DNA of 64,000 nucleotides from Sphagnum compactum (taxonomy: Eukaryota): positions 992,001 to 1,056,000 of the forward strand of contig OZ234493.1 in NCBI GenBank assembly GCA_965153455.1. The letters are read 5' to 3'. Shown here one piece after another: positions 13,478-27,500 of the stretch (positions are counted from its first letter, which is position 1; every line of letters begins with the position of its first letter). Both the position numbers and the translations under genes were made by a program. Below the pieces are notes generated by a model. It saw only the letters and a list, made by a program, of their open reading frames with translations, was not told where the DNA came from and searched no databases.

Positions 13478-16400
13478 CAGTGCTCGGCAGATTTAAGGAA
13501 TCGGGTGAGAATTGCCTCTATTTTTTGGTCGGTTCTCACCCTAAATCTTGTCAGTTACTACTTTTTCTCATGCAAGGGCTGAAAATTGAGTTTTTCGGTT
13601 CTCACTAAGCTGAGAACTGGGCATCATGAGAATCATCTAGATTCTCTTTGTTAAAAAAACTTGATACTCAGGTAGGGTATTGGGTTTAAACCCAATTCAC
13701 AGTTCTCACCTTTGTATATAATTTTTAAAATTTTAGAAATATATGTCAAGTGTCAAGTGACTTTTTTTTTAAATCCTTTTGCAGCACATGGTATTCCATG
13801 AGTTTCTTAAACAAACCTTCTAGAAGTTTTCTAGAAATTAGGGTTTAAAGTGGCTAGGGTTTCAATTTTCAATAGCTTCTCTCTCTCTCTCAACATAAAT
13901 AAAGGGGTCCAAGCTCAAGCTTGGCCCCACTTTATGTTTTGTATGATTTTGTCCATGAATGAGAATCTTTCACATTTTAAAACTAAAGAAATAAGATAAA
14001 ATTAGTTGTGCATTGTGTTTTTTAATTTTTTGCTATATTTTTAAAAAAAATCTTACTTAACAATGTCTTTTTCTTTCCATTTTCCTTGTTCCTAAAAGCT
14101 TGCTTCTTGTTCGTTGCCTACTCCCATCACCTCTTTCTTCACAACTTGCCCACTCGTCGCCTATTTGCTTGCGCACTCATTGCCTCCTTGCCTCCTCAAT
14201 TTTCTATTCGTTCATCTCCTACTTACCTATTCACTTGCCTATTCGCTCATTGCTTGCCTACCTATTTGCTTACCTGCTCGTTCATCCCTTGCTTGCCTAT
14301 TTGCTTACTTCCTCATCGTCTAGTTGCATCACTTACTTGTCATTCGTCGCATACTTGCATCGCATGCTTTTGTCGCATGGTTGCCTACATGTTGCCTGCT
14401 CAAGCACTCAGAGAACCTATCATTCTTGGCTCATCACCTCTTTCTACATGGTACTACCCCCTTATTTACTTGTGTAGGTTGTATAGCAAGGAGTGAAAAA
14501 GCCAATTCCAGTTCAAGTTAGGTTTTTTTTGTAATTGTTGTATTTTTTTCTTTATTTTTATTTTGTGAATTGTTATTTTTTTCCTTTTGTAACTTTTTTT
14601 AAAAAAAGCCTTTGGTAATAATTTTTAACTTTTAAAAAAAAATTTGTAATTGTTTGTAAATTTTTCTCTACTTTTTTTACTATATATTTTTTTCTTTCTT
14701 GTTTTGTTCCCTATATATGTAGAAGAGGACTTTTTTTTTTTGGATTTTTTCTTTTTTTTGTTTTAATCATTATTTCTTGCTTTTACATGTTTTAAATTTT
14801 GTTTGTTGTGTTTCTGCAAGTTTACTAGGTGATGTCTCCTTATACTAAAAGATTTGAGCATTTCTTTTCTTTAGAACTAATTTTGTATCCTTGCAAATGT
14901 TTTCTCTTTGCTCTTTTTTTTGTATTGCTTAGTTTTTATTCCACTAATATGGGCAAAACTATTGTGATTGTTGGAAAAAAAAATGCAATAGTCATTTGGG
15001 AATGAAAATAGGTCATTGGATATTTTCATGAATGAAGTTGAAATGAACAACGAACCATTTGAAGAAAGATTTGAAAATATTTCAAATCTTGACACAAAAC
15101 AATAGAATTTCATAAGCTGAAAAAACAAAAGAAACCTTGGAACACTTGCTTGAACAAAGAAATATATGGTGGGCCTATAAGTGGAACTCATCATGTTAAT
15201 CTTTTTATTGCATTAATGATGGTGCAAAAGTTGATAACAAAATTTTTCAATTAATGACATGCCATGTACTATGTTATCATAATCAAATAATAATTACAAA
15301 TTCCAAAACACAATTAAGGAAAGGAATTATTTCATATTTTAAAAATAATGGAATAACATCATTAAAAAAATTCATGTTGTGCTTCCAAAGAAGTTTGAAG
15401 AAGAACCAAACAATTTTGGTAGAGTAATAATCACAAAAGAACCAACTAAAAAGAAACCTAATATTTCTACAACTTCAATTCCAAGTTTTTATGGGTCCAC
15501 AATCCCTTTCAAAAACAATTAACTTCAACAAAAAATAAATCAAGGGGGTTTAACATTGTTAATTATTAAAAACCATCTTCAGACAATGCATTTTGTTGAA
15601 AGTGTGTGTCTAAAAACTTTTGCAATGCATTTATGTCCAAGATTATTATTTCCATCCAAAAAGCAAATTTCTTAAGAAATTTTGCTAAAATTGGTGGAAA
15701 AATGTAAGCAAAAATATGTTCTACCATTATTGGGGGATTATATCTCTACAACAACAAATTTTGATCTATGAATGTCTCATGGAACCCATTTTTCTTGTTA
15801 TTTATTTTTAAAGCAGGGACTAGAAACCAAAACAAATCACTATTGGATTATTTGAAACATCAAAGATTACATGACAAGCATTAACAAGAAGTTTGACTAA
15901 GCTATTGAATTGATGTTGTCTAAGGAAGAAAATAATTGCCCGTGTTAAAATGAAGGTTTTGATTTGAATGCCATGATTAATGCCCTTAAGTTTATAATTT
16001 TTGTTGTGAAACTTTAGGCTTTAAAGAAAGTTTTCAAGGTTATTGCTTTGGCCATGCTTTCTCTAAGGCCTATCAATATGCCACGACAAAAGATAAAGTG
16101 TGCAAAAATTTGAAGGAAGTGTCCATTACTTCTACCTAGTTCAATTTGCAAAAATGCATAACATGGCCAAAGAAATCTAAAAAGACAAACTTGAAAGGAA
16201 CAAAGCTTGTATTGGGGTGAAAGCATGGTAAAATATACACAAAAGTAGTGTAAGCAGCAAAATATTAGGGTCCCTAAAGAAAAGGACTAACAAGTCGATG
16301 ATTTTATGGGGATAATAAAAATAAATTTGGGTACATTATTTCTTAACTATTGTTTGCATGGACCTCAAAATCTAAATTGTTATAATCATGTTTTTTGAAT

Positions 16401-18348
16401 CTATTTGTAGGTACTTGAATTGGACCTAAAATTTGTGGTAATTTGAAAAATAAAATTCAAGTACCTGAAATAGGTGAAATGTTTTTACAAGGATTTGGGT
16501 TTTTTTCAAGCACCTCAATATTGATATGATGAACATTTTAATATAATGTTTTTGGTTAATAGAATTTGTTTTCATAACTAAAATCATCCCCAACCCCTAA
16601 AAATGGGGGATATTTTTGGAGTATTTTTTCAAGTCCAAATGATATGACACAAATTACTTTTAAAAGCTAGAGGAAGGCTAGAGATGCCCGTGAAAAAAAA
16701 GTTTCATTTCTTTTAAAATGCTAGAGGAAGGTGAAAAGTTTGAAAAAAAATAAAATCGTGTTTTCAAATAGAAAACAAGGTAAAAGTATGTACAACATAT
16801 CTTGCTTACACCCATTGCTTCGAATTTTTGTCCAAGGAAACTGAACACTATAGTAAAAAAAGGTATTAGCTTTTCAAATTATCTTTTGAATTCTTTGTTT
16901 AATTGAATTTTTGTTCTTTCTTTTCTTACTAAAATGTTAACATGATGAATGTTGATATCATGTTTACAAGCGAAGTTATATTGTTTCAAGAATCCTTGCA
17001 ATATCATGAGGCAATTGTCCATTATTATAATAGGCAAACTAACATTGTAAGGACAGTGTTCATGTCCCACCTCTTCTTACTTGGCATGTTACACAAATAA
17101 TTGTTGATGTTTTTTCCCCTATAGTTGTTACATGTGTGTTGAATCAATCCCATGAACATTGGCTCTTGAATGATGCTTTATATTCTGCAATAACTATGGA
17201 CACAAAACTAAATTTGGAAAGACTACAAAATCCCCTTTGTTTGGATATTAACGTAATGGATGAAGATTTTGGAATGGTTAATGAATTAACCTCGTTGACT
17301 TCCAATATATGAAAGGAAATGTATGTTGTTTTTTATTCATTTTTCTATTTTATTTTTTTAAATGAAGAAAGAAAAGCACATAGTATGTTATTTTTAATGT
17401 TAGATCTAAGGTTCAAAAATCTTAAGTTAGTTTCATCTTTAATTGGTCAAGAGCAAGGAATTTTTATTGTTCAAGAATATGACATGAGATCCTTATTTCC
17501 AATGTTTTTGCAATGTCATCAGCATTTGCATCTTGTTGTAGAATTTGATATTACAAATCAAAACATTGATGCTAACAGCAACTTGAACATATTTGAAATG
17601 ACTATGAGCTATAAAGAACCAATGAGGGAACTTGTCAACAAGGAGCTTCTATCTTTCAAACATTATCATGTGGATACTAAGGAGATTAAATCTTCACTTA
17701 AATGGTGGGAAAAACATGAATCATTATTTCTTATATTGGGTTCCTTGCAGGTAGATTCTTGGCATTCCAAGGTTACAAATGAAGATTGAATGTATTTTTT
17801 CATTAGTTGGAATTTTGATAATCTCAGGAAATGTCGATTACATTGTGATTTTTGTAAGTAAAAATTGGCTTAATTATTCTAGAGTTGATTATTGAAGACC
17901 CTCTATTTTAGTCAAGTTATATGGACATGAAATTAGAGAAAGAATTTAAAAAGTTCGAAGAATCCTTTGAAAGGGATGAAATTATACACATGTGTGGATA
18001 GTTGTATTTTTTATCAAATTTTTATGTCCATTTATGATTTCCATCAATTGAGTTTCATCCTTGAATTTTATTGTCAAATTTATAATCATTTTTAAAATTG
18101 AAAAATAATATTATAATTTTTTTGAAAAAATTGATATCCGGCCATAGAGAACCGCCATTTGAAAACTGACGATTTTCACATTTCTAAAAACCATTTCTAT
18201 GAGAATAGAATAAATCTATATAAAAAAAAACTGAAACCCAGTCCGGTTCTCTTAAATGAAAAAAAATTCTAAAGATCCGAATCAGTTCAAGTTTTTTTAT
18301 TTTAACCGGAACCGACGGTTCTCACAAAAGTGAGAACCGCCAACACCT
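13478..18348 (+). mobile_element. Decayed hAT-superfamily DNA transposon, about 4.9 kb
   Basis: Ends CAGTGCTCGGCAG... and ...GAGAACCGCCAACACCT. 8-bp TSD GTACAAAC (13470-77) / CTACAAAC (18349-56). Subterminal GGTTCTCA/TGAGAACC repeats at both ends. Broken transposase on + at about 15000-17990, including LMLDLRFKNL and the dimerisation-domain motif LKWWEKHESLF (ORF 17319-17789). Confidence 0.85.
16215..16813. mobile_element. Non-autonomous GGG...CCC TIR element with 4-bp TSD (Sola-like) inserted in the hAT transposase
   Basis: ATTG|GGGTGAAAGCATGGTAAAATATAC ... TGCTTACACCC|ATTG. The TIR resembles that of the 2957-4187 element, and removing the insert rejoins hAT coding sequence (NKACI|ASNFCPRKLNT). 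Confidence 0.8.
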
Positions 18349-18624
18349 CTACAAACTACACATGCTTGACTTCTAGACCCCAGGGCTGCAGATTTGTCGT
18401 CATGAGTTGATCTCTGTCTGTACCCCTGCCCAGTGTCTACCCTTCGTTTGTAAATAAGTACGTTTGACTCGAAAACAGTTGCCTGTGTCTTTCTGCATAT
18501 GATTATTCCACTTTTTCAGACAAAGCTCATCAAGCAGTCTAGTACCTTGTTCAGCTAGCTCCTGCCAAGAAAATAAGTGAGAGTGTAGCAGGGGGACAGA
18601 GTACATGAGCTGCCTCATATTAGG

Positions 18625-19480
18625 CCCTAGCAACCAGCTCTAGTGAAAAAGGGGGCCAAAAAAGAGAGGGGTTGGCTGCCCTAGCTGATTACTCTCTTTA
18701 TCTGTGGAGTATCAAAATCTCTTCTGCTACCAACCTAGTGGAAAAGGGAACAAGAAAAGACGGGTTCGGCCGCCCTAGCTTATAACTTTCTTGATCTCTG
18801 GAGTATCAAATTCTGTTCTGCCTCCTGAGCAGCGTTTTTTTTCTCGCTAAATTTAGAGAGTTGTTTAAGAAAACTTTCAAAATGGCTAAAAATGTGTGTT
18901 CATTTGGTTTTCCTGTTGCCAAGTTTTTACATTTCTAAAAAAGATATTGCCAGATTTCTCTATTGGGTTCTAGCACGTAGCCAGAAATGTGAAGGAAGCT
19001 TAAACCTTTATACTTTCATATCCTGTTTATAGCAAAATTGGGCTAAACTATATTATGAATGATCACCAGTTCAGCTACATCACGAATTTGAAGAAAAAAC
19101 CCTGCTCCGGATATCAAGACATACCAACCTACTGGAAAAGGGAAAAGAATAAGGAGTGGTCTCCTGCCCTAGCTCATCACTCTCTAGATCTCTGGAGTAT
19201 CAAAATCGCATCTGCCGCCTACCAGCGCCTAAAAAAGGACAAACAGAGTGAGGGCGGGGGTCTGCTGCCCTAGCTGATCACTCTCTTGATCCCTGGAGTA
19301 TCAAAATCTCTTCTGCACCCCACCAGGACCTACCAACCTAGTGGAAAATGAAGAAACTTTAGGGGAGACTGCTGCCCTAGCTCGTCACTAGACAGGGCCT
19401 ACCAACCTATTGGAAAAGAGACAAAACAAGAAGAGGGTCTGCTGCCCTAGCTTGTCGCTGTTTTGATATGGAATATTCAA
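18625..19480. repeat. Degenerate tandem array, about 6 units of 70-110 bp, interrupted by a MITE
   Basis: Unit is approximately TACCAACCTAGTGGAAAAG-[purine-rich, variable]-GGGTCTGCTGCCCTAGCTGATCACTCTCTTGATCTCTGGAGTATCAAAATCTCTTCTG. GCCCTAGCT cores at about 18678, 18772, 19166, 19267, 19374 and 19444. Confidence 0.85.
18830..19104. mobile_element. hAT-type MITE (CAG(T/C)GTTTTT family)
   Basis: CAGCGTTTTTT ... AAAAAACCCTG. Flanks CTCCTGAG / CTCCGGAT (6/8). Internal GCCAGA/GGCTAAA motifs are shared with the other copies. Confidence 0.65.
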
Positions 19481-19974
19481 AATTTACGCCTAGGTCAGCT
19501 CAGATGAGGTGTTGTTGAAGCATTGAATTCTATATGTATCCCCATTTTGCTCGAGCAAAATCTAGTGAGGTCCTGCAAATTCCCACAAAGAATGGTGGAG
19601 TCTTCCCGGCCTCTTCTTCACTGAGTTGAAGAATTGCATTAAAGGATTGTTCGACAAATGGTCTGACACACCCATGTTTCGGGGCATCTTTGGCCAGGTG
19701 TCTCTGAACAGTTTCAATATGGTCATAATCAAAAAAGGTTCACTGTCCATTCAATGCGAGATGAGCAGTTAGCACCTCATGTTGCCCTTTACAGCTTTTA
19801 GACATAACAATCCCAAGAGCTACGTATAGGGGAAGGCACAATGTGTAAGATCCTCAGGGGTATTTTGGTAAACGAAAAGAGCAGGCGTTTCATTTTCTGA
19901 AATGTCTTGTGTCACTAACTACACCAAGAATTCCTTCAGAGGTTTTTACCATAACATAGGCCCTCCCCTACAAC

Positions 19975-20172
19975 CAGTGGTTTTTGGGCTTTCTAATAGG
20001 CAAATTTCGAGAAAATTAAAATTTTCATTTAAGAATTACTAGTTTTCACAGCAGGCTTCAGTAAGTAGCCAAGAAGGATGCTTAATTTCTTTAACTTTCA
20101 TATTTTTTAATGGCCAGATTTGGCTAAACCTTCTTATTGATGATGGCCACTCCTGATACATCACAAACGTTG
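19975..20172. mobile_element. hAT-type MITE, same broad family
   Basis: CAGTGGTTTTT ... CAAACGTTG. Flanks CCTACAAC / CCTCCAAC (7/8). Confidence 0.65.
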
Positions 20173-20230
20173 CCTCCAACTCTATGTTATAAGTTTTGAC
20201 TTATGAGCTTAGTACCCTGGACATCACAGT

Positions 20231-20526
20231 CAGCCATTTTATTACTGGCGAAATTTCACGGAAATGAAAAAGGAAAAAAGAAGTGATTTTTGGAGGTTTC
20301 AATAACCAGAAATGCGGGAGGAAAAACACAGGTTAAAATCTTCATCTTATTTGTAGATTTTTTTTTCCAGTGTGTAACTAAAAATATGATTGAAGATTAA
20401 TACTTTCTTTCTGATTTATAGCCAGATATGGCTAAATTTCCTTGGGACGATCACCACTTTTCCTCCATCTTCCTATGGATGATCGCCACTTTACTCGCAA
20501 ACAAAAACCCCTAAAAATGAACACTG
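20231..20526. mobile_element. hAT-type MITE, same broad family
   Basis: CAGCCATTTT...GGCGAAATTTC ... AAAAATGAACACTG. Flanks ATCACAGT / ATCAGAAT (6/8). Confidence 0.65.
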
Positions 20527-21085
20527 ATCAGAATTGCAAAAAACAAAGCCTCTCAGCTTCCCAGAAATAGGTGAATTATGTTTGGTACCTTTCACAAATA
20601 AAGGCAGAAAACAAGTTTCGACTTTCGATGATGGAATGAATAAAATGCCATTTCAGATCAGCATTTCTGAGTCCTTCAAATTACGACGCTGTTTGACAGG
20701 GAAGTTATTATCGCTATGCTACTTATGCCTCTGGAGTCTGGACAAATATGGTGAGTTTCAGTAGACCCATGCTGTTACTTGACATTATTAGCACGCATTC
20801 AAAAAAGAGTTTAAATGGGTTTCTTGTGTTTTACACCAGATGCCGACAAAAACAATTGAGACTCACTGGGAATAATGTGTCACTCATTGTGTCAGACATT
20901 CTTTTGTGGGTCTTGTAGACAAAGGCTCCCACCCTCCCTACTCTCGTACCCACCCCATTATTAGCTGAAACATGCAGATATGAGTTGGAAGTGGGTGGTT
21001 CTTATAGTACTTCATATGGATTTTCTTCAAGGATTTTTAGAAAGGTCTCTTTGCTAGGCTTCAGTTCAACTTTAACTTAACAAAA

Positions 21086-21545
21086 TCCATTAAGGAAGGT
21101 AATTTGTTTCTGTTGTTTGTCACATTGAGAACTCCCAAACCATGGTGCCCTCATGACACTCTTGATACCATTGGAAAGCCCTTATTCATTAGGGGTGCAC
21201 AAGGTCATTTGATAATGGACTTACAGTGCAAGAGTTGTTGAATATTGAATATTTTTTTCATTGAGAATTCAATAAAATTAAACTAAAAATTCTAGGGAAA
21301 TTGGGGTAAGATTTTGGCACTGCTAGAAAACCATTGACAATGACATTTCCTGGAGGCAATTTCATTATTTTTAGACCTAAGGTGGGGGAGATATAGAATT
21401 TTGAGTTTTTTTTTGTCACAGGAAATCAATTTATAATTTGTTAAAAAAATTACAATTGGGCTGTATCATCGTGGTCCTGTTCACACTTGGAGAAGTTACA
21501 TAACCATCATGTTCACACCTGGACCAATGGCAGAGGCCACTCTAG
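21086..21545 (+). mobile_element. Short non-autonomous Helitron-like element
   Basis: A|TC start and CTAG|T end with a GC-rich stretch (GGACCAATGGCAGAGGCCAC) just before it. No TSD. Homologous in reverse to 41439-41883. Confidence 0.6.
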
Positions 21546-24500
21546 TTACTACTTCAATGAAAAGCTGTCCAGACTCCAGACTCTGCAGGATATTCTCCTC
21601 CTAACTGATGAAAGGCTGCTTCCAGCGTCGTCTGGTTCCGGGGTCTGGGCCGCTTTTGGATCACTTGATTGCATTAACATGTTCCCTGCCAAAATTCTGT
21701 AACTTCCTGAATATAGCACTGTCCCTCTCTCTCCAAGCCCAGCTTGCTAGTTGTTATCAACTTGTTACAGTCAATTATAGATCATCCCTTGCAAGTAAAT
21801 ATTAGGTTTTGGGACCCTTGAGTGGTAACTAATACTTTCAAACATTTTCAATTATGAAATACCGCAACCTTGAAATTGACTATCTTTATTCCATGTCCAA
21901 GTTATGAAGTAACTTTAAAAAGATGAAGTCCATAATCAATGAACAAAAAGTATTATGAGCTTCCCACTCATGGAATAGTGCACCACCATTGTTATTTTCT
22001 ATAGGATTGCGCTTCTTGATCACTGTAAAACCCTTCATTTCTAGAAATATATCCAAGAAAAGTGATGGTGTCATGTCCAAAAATGGGCATCATAGTTACA
22101 TTTTACACTGGAATATCCACCTTTAATTTGTAGTACACTAAATGAAGAGTTTGTCCATTTTCTATAGGCAATTCTACACTGATGGAGTCGAAGGTTTCAT
22201 GCCTCCCTCTACAAGCATCTCCATTCTCAGCAGTAAAATGGCCTTGACAACATATTTTGGATTACATATAGCAGTCAAATAGTGTGGAATTCACTTGGGG
22301 CCTGTAAATATGCAAACCATACACTATCCTCCAAGAGAGCCAATGCCCAGAAATGATTGTTTTCACTTTGCCAGCCATGATGATTAGCCTAGGTGTGAAA
22401 TTTAAATAGTCTCTCAAATTATATTGTCCACTTTGTCATGCTTCTATTTTTGGGAAGGAAGCATATTTTAGGCACCTATGTAGGGAAGTGCCCCATGTTC
22501 CAAAAATGACCATTCAAACGGCTTCTTCTGAAAAACATAAAACCACAGGTGCCCCTCTCACTAATAAATAGAAGCATGAATAAGCACCCAATACATATAC
22601 TTGTTTAGTCAGATAAGAGAACTAGTTCCTTTTGTAATGGCACCGTCACAAGATAGGTGCATACAAAGACATTGTACACTCCTGATTATCTTTGTATGAA
22701 CTTAGAATTTACTTGGCAGGCGCAAGGGTATATACACAAAAAATTTGGCTTGATGTATTAGAGTTATGTGTCAAGTCAGGCGATTAGGAGGCAAGAACGG
22801 CCAGTTTTGACATAATAGGCATCAAATGTGTGTCTGGGAATGAAAATTTTACAGAAGGAAATAACTGGTACCCAGACTAGCTTTTCCACCAATTTTGGTG
22901 GTAAACTGAGTTTCATCCTGTGTTTCCTTTTTCCTAAGCGCCTGCACTACTGCTACATGTATTTTCACTGCTCCTACCTGTACAACTAGTATAATTACTC
23001 TCAAACCTTGTGCATTAAATGTTGAGTTTTAGCATTTCATAAGCAGATTTAATAAAATTTCCTTTCTATGCGGACACCACTGAAAGACAGGATAGGGGGA
23101 AAAAGCAGAGGAGATAGGGGGTTGAAACAGAGGTAGACTTTACACGTAACTCTATTATTCATTATTTTTAGCTTCAACTAAGATTTGTGTGATAATGGAA
23201 GAGGTGAATTTGAGTTTCAGCAAACATTGTGGAAAGAACGTGAATGCAAATCATACTTAGGATTCTTGGCCTCATTATTCTGTTTTAGATAAATGTTTTC
23301 AGTTATTTGACATATATTCATTAGTCTCTGACAAAAAGGTGTTCTGTAGTCATTTCAGACAATTAAAAACCTGAATTTTGAGCAAAATTTTTGTGTCAAA
23401 AATGTCAGATGCATTAATGTGAATTTCGGTGTATGGGTTGCAAATATATACAATGAACTAGCCAAATCCATATTTTGCATGGAAAATCATAAAGATGTTC
23501 CTGAGAACATACATTTAAGATTTTTTTTTCTTAACATCACACATGCTATTTTATATCATCACAATAAAGTTTCACATGTTCAACAATGTACATTTTCAAC
23601 TCATTGTTTGCATGAAAAGTAATAAAAGGTTGTTGAGAATACAATCTTCAATTGCAAAGTTGAAAAAGTAATGATGCTTGAATGTGGAAATCCCAGCCAC
23701 TCTTTTTGAAGTCAAACACTACTTGAGTTACTATTTAGGATGGCATCCAAACAGACATTGACATCCAACTGCCATTTTATGTTTGCGTTCGGTGACAGCC
23801 ACGTCCCCACAGGCCAGTTGGATATCAGCTGGTCCTCAGGAGGCCAAACCTCGGCTGAACATCAATAGACAGTAAATTTTTCAGTCATTTCTTTTGGGAA
23901 CTCAAATGTCTGCTGCTGATTTATCCTCTCGCTTGAAATCGAATTTGTGATGCAAAAGCACTTCAATGCAATATTTGGAGACTTGACCTCCAAATTTCAG
24001 TTCAGTTGGCATGAAGATCTGGTTGTTGGTTCTCCCATTAGGGACCTTTCATGGCTTAGATCAACCACAAAATGGTTGATTTGAACTTTACATATTATGT
24101 GACTGAAACTGCTTTGCAACCTTCAATGAGGGGGGAGAATGCCCACACCTTCATGGCAAGCACCCATGTAACAGTAACAAGCAGGGCAAGCTGAAACATT
24201 CAAAGAGTTTCAGCTTTACCTTCATTCATGCTAGTTGATTTTGTGAGATGTCACTCGTTGGGTAGATGTCAATGATGAGGCGCCTGCCCATGAAATGCCA
24301 AATATTTATTGTTGTCTTGCAAGTATACACTAGCATATTACTGGAGATTATGGATGTTGAAATAGTTGCCAATGGTCCTACACAATATCGTCCACAAGGT
24401 TGAAAAGTAGCAAAGGAAATTGAATGAATGACAAAAATGAAAGAGCATGGTGAAAGCTCAAGCTATAAAGAACATGGTTCTAGCCATGCTCAAGAAGTAC

Positions 24501-27500
24501 TCAATAATTGAGGACCAAAACTATATAGCGCTTTTCATTATGCTTGGAAGACTTATGAATATTTCTTAATCTCCAAAGAGCATTGAATAGAGTGTGAATC
24601 TTTGGACTTGATTCCAATGGCACACCAAATTTGTAGCAACTCAAAGTCTATAGCAACTTGTAGCTCCCTTGTAACATGTCAATGCATTTGCATCAAATCA
24701 CACAATTGACTCAAATTCTTAATAGACAATTTAGTTGAGATCCAAAAACAAACAACAACCAATAATGCAAAATTTTACAATGGAACATGAAAGTAGTGAA
24801 ATATTATTTCATTACATTTGACTATTACCTTGGCAAGCCCACAACTGTTCAATGAAATCATCACAAACTACACCATGTATCACAATATTTTATAATATGT
24901 TCACCCCTTAAACTTTGTATTGTTGAAATGTGAATCTATGTCCTCTCTCAATAGTGTGTTCTTTAAAACATGGTTCCAAATCCAAACTCTAATCATACTC
25001 TATACTCATATTGTGTATGATCATAAATTGAATTATAAGAGTATAAAAACACAATCCATCTATGCCATTGTCAACTAAGATTTGAAGCTATGGTGAACCA
25101 ACTTTGCAAAACACCAAAGTAACATTCTACATTGTAAATTTAGCAATTTCCTAGGCTTGAACATAATGCTTAGAGCATTTTTCTTCTTTTGGTTCATGAA
25201 TGGTTTGCATAGGCAAAACCATTTTAGGTATATTCCAACCATAGAAATTGATTTGTGTAGTATGAATTAATGTTCACTTCAAATATCAAACTTATAACAT
25301 CTCCACACAACAGATTAGAAATCAACGAACTCATATTTTATATCAAGGATGAATTCATTATTCCCACTAGGATAACTAGAATCACAATGCCAATCATAGC
25401 TTCAAGATTGATTTAAGTATGTTTCTCTTTGTCAAAAATTGCTTTTGTCAAACAATGGAACATTTTTTCCAATGATAATGCATACAATCCAAAGACAAAC
25501 ATCCATGGAAAACTCTTGTAATTGATACGCATTCACTTTTCTAAATCAGTTTTTGTGGGCAATCAAAGGTATTATTTTTTTCCAAAAACATCTTTTACAA
25601 CCTTCACAAATTGTTCAAGCTCAACATTACAACATTATTTCTTAAACAAAAGTACTTTGTCAATGGCAACTTCAACTCCCACACCATGTGTAAAACAACT
25701 ATAGAAATTGTGAATAAGCCCATGGCACAAGCACAAACATCATGTTCATACATAAAATAAGGATCCTAGGTGGCAACAAGTATTCCATGATGTGAATGAA
25801 GAGTAACTTGTGCATTCTATATCATCTATGAAAATTGTCATCAGACATATATTAGGGAAAAATAATATTTTTAGATTCTCTCCTCACCAATTTCTAGACT
25901 AACCCTTGGCAAATTGGGTTTTTGCTCAAGTCCACTACCTAATGGCAACTTCTCACAAGCTATTAACCAATCTATAATCATATGGTGTTGGATTTTGGCT
26001 CAATTCTTTTGTATGGTTGCTTGATTTCACCCTATTAATCTATTGTAGGCTACAACAATGAGGAAGGTCTTTGGTGCTTTCAATTGACATTGAAATGTTA
26101 AAAAATGGCTTCAACAACACTTGGCCCGCCTTCAAATGGTGTTAATCAAAATGTTAAATCTTACCAAATCCCCCAAACCATTCAACCTCAAGCTTTTATC
26201 ACGATTCACCAATAATCTTCACTTCAAATTGAATGGTTGGTTTATTTGTCTTATGCATCAATTCTTAGATTTCAATATTCTTCATGATTTAGGAGGTGGG
26301 AATGTTAAAGAAAGTTTATGAACCTCTAAGCATTTATGGGTTAATGCCACAAAACTAATACCTTAACATGGTCAATTTTTTTAATGTTAAATCGCTAGTG
26401 GAACTTGAGGGTGTTAATGCCTACTAACATGTTCACACTACATGTACAATGGGTCCATAACAATCAATCACCTTGGGTTCAAACTAAATTGCACCTTCCT
26501 TCTAAATTTTGGCTTCAAAACAAAATTGTATATGTGTTTTCATGCAATGGAACCACTCACCTTACAAAAACACCAGAAAAAAAGGAATATTGCTTAAGAT
26601 TAGTGTTCGGTAGGTATCACCTTGGGGGTTAAGTTTTAGGTTAGTTCTTAGATCGGTTTCAACATTGAAAAGCAACGTTTTTACTTTAGGTGATAATTGC
26701 CCCTTTAAGAACAATAAGGTATCATATGGGCCTCAATTTGAAATTGATTAAGGAGCTTACAAAGGGACCTTTGATTTTAATTCTTAAACTAGGAGAGACT
26801 ATATGAAAAGCCTAGAAAATAGGTACTTACTAATAAGAATTAAACTCATGACCTCTTTGATTTCGAAGAATGACTTTACCATAAGAAAAATTGTTGCAAC
26901 ATGGCAACAACCTCTCATGTGAGAAAAGTAGGAGAATATTTTTATTTAAAATCTACACATGCCAATGGTTTTGACTTTTTAGCCATTGCATAATGGAATT
27001 TTTAAATAAAAACAATCGCCATTATCATTATACAATAAGAGTTGTGGCCTTGTAATTAAGACATTCATTTCCTTCCAAAGAGACTTGGGTTTAAATCTCA
27101 TTAAGTTTTTAAATTGATGGTTTTTTTAAAGGTTTGGGGGGGATACTTAATAGTGACTTATGTGCATAAAACAACTATTTTTTGGGGTATTAGGTTTGAA
27201 TTTATATTTTTTCCCACCCTATTATTATCTAATTTTTTAATATGCACATATTTTAGCAACCCTATACTTGTTTATAATTTTTTTATGGCATCCAATTTCA
27301 ATACCTTATATTAATTTATATTTTTAGTTTTAAAAAATTTGAAATTAAAATTTTTTGCTTGCATGTTCCTTGAAATCTTAAATGCAAAAATCCTTTTAAC
27401 CACTTTGACATAGAAAGAAAATGTAGAAGCTTACATTTGAACCTTCAAAAAAACCAAATTAAGTTATTGTTATGGGAAGACTCCTCGCCGCCCTATAACT

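Noticed and set aside
14086-14521. Overlapping L/C/P-rich ORFs
   Set aside because: Degenerate CTTGCCTA-type simple repeat inside the hAT element.
18625-19480. Repeat-spacer appearance suggesting a CRISPR array
   Set aside because: Eukaryotic context, degenerate repeats, irregular spacing, spacers similar to each other and no cas genes.
20920-20964. Alternative frame LIMGWVRE*GGWE resembling a Bcl-2 BH2 motif
   Set aside because: It needs stop read-through, the other frame of this exon is open and phase-compatible, and a short motif is expected by chance.
26830-27100. Two divergent, very degenerate tRNA-like A/B-box stretches
   Set aside because: The boxes deviate too far from consensus to support a call.
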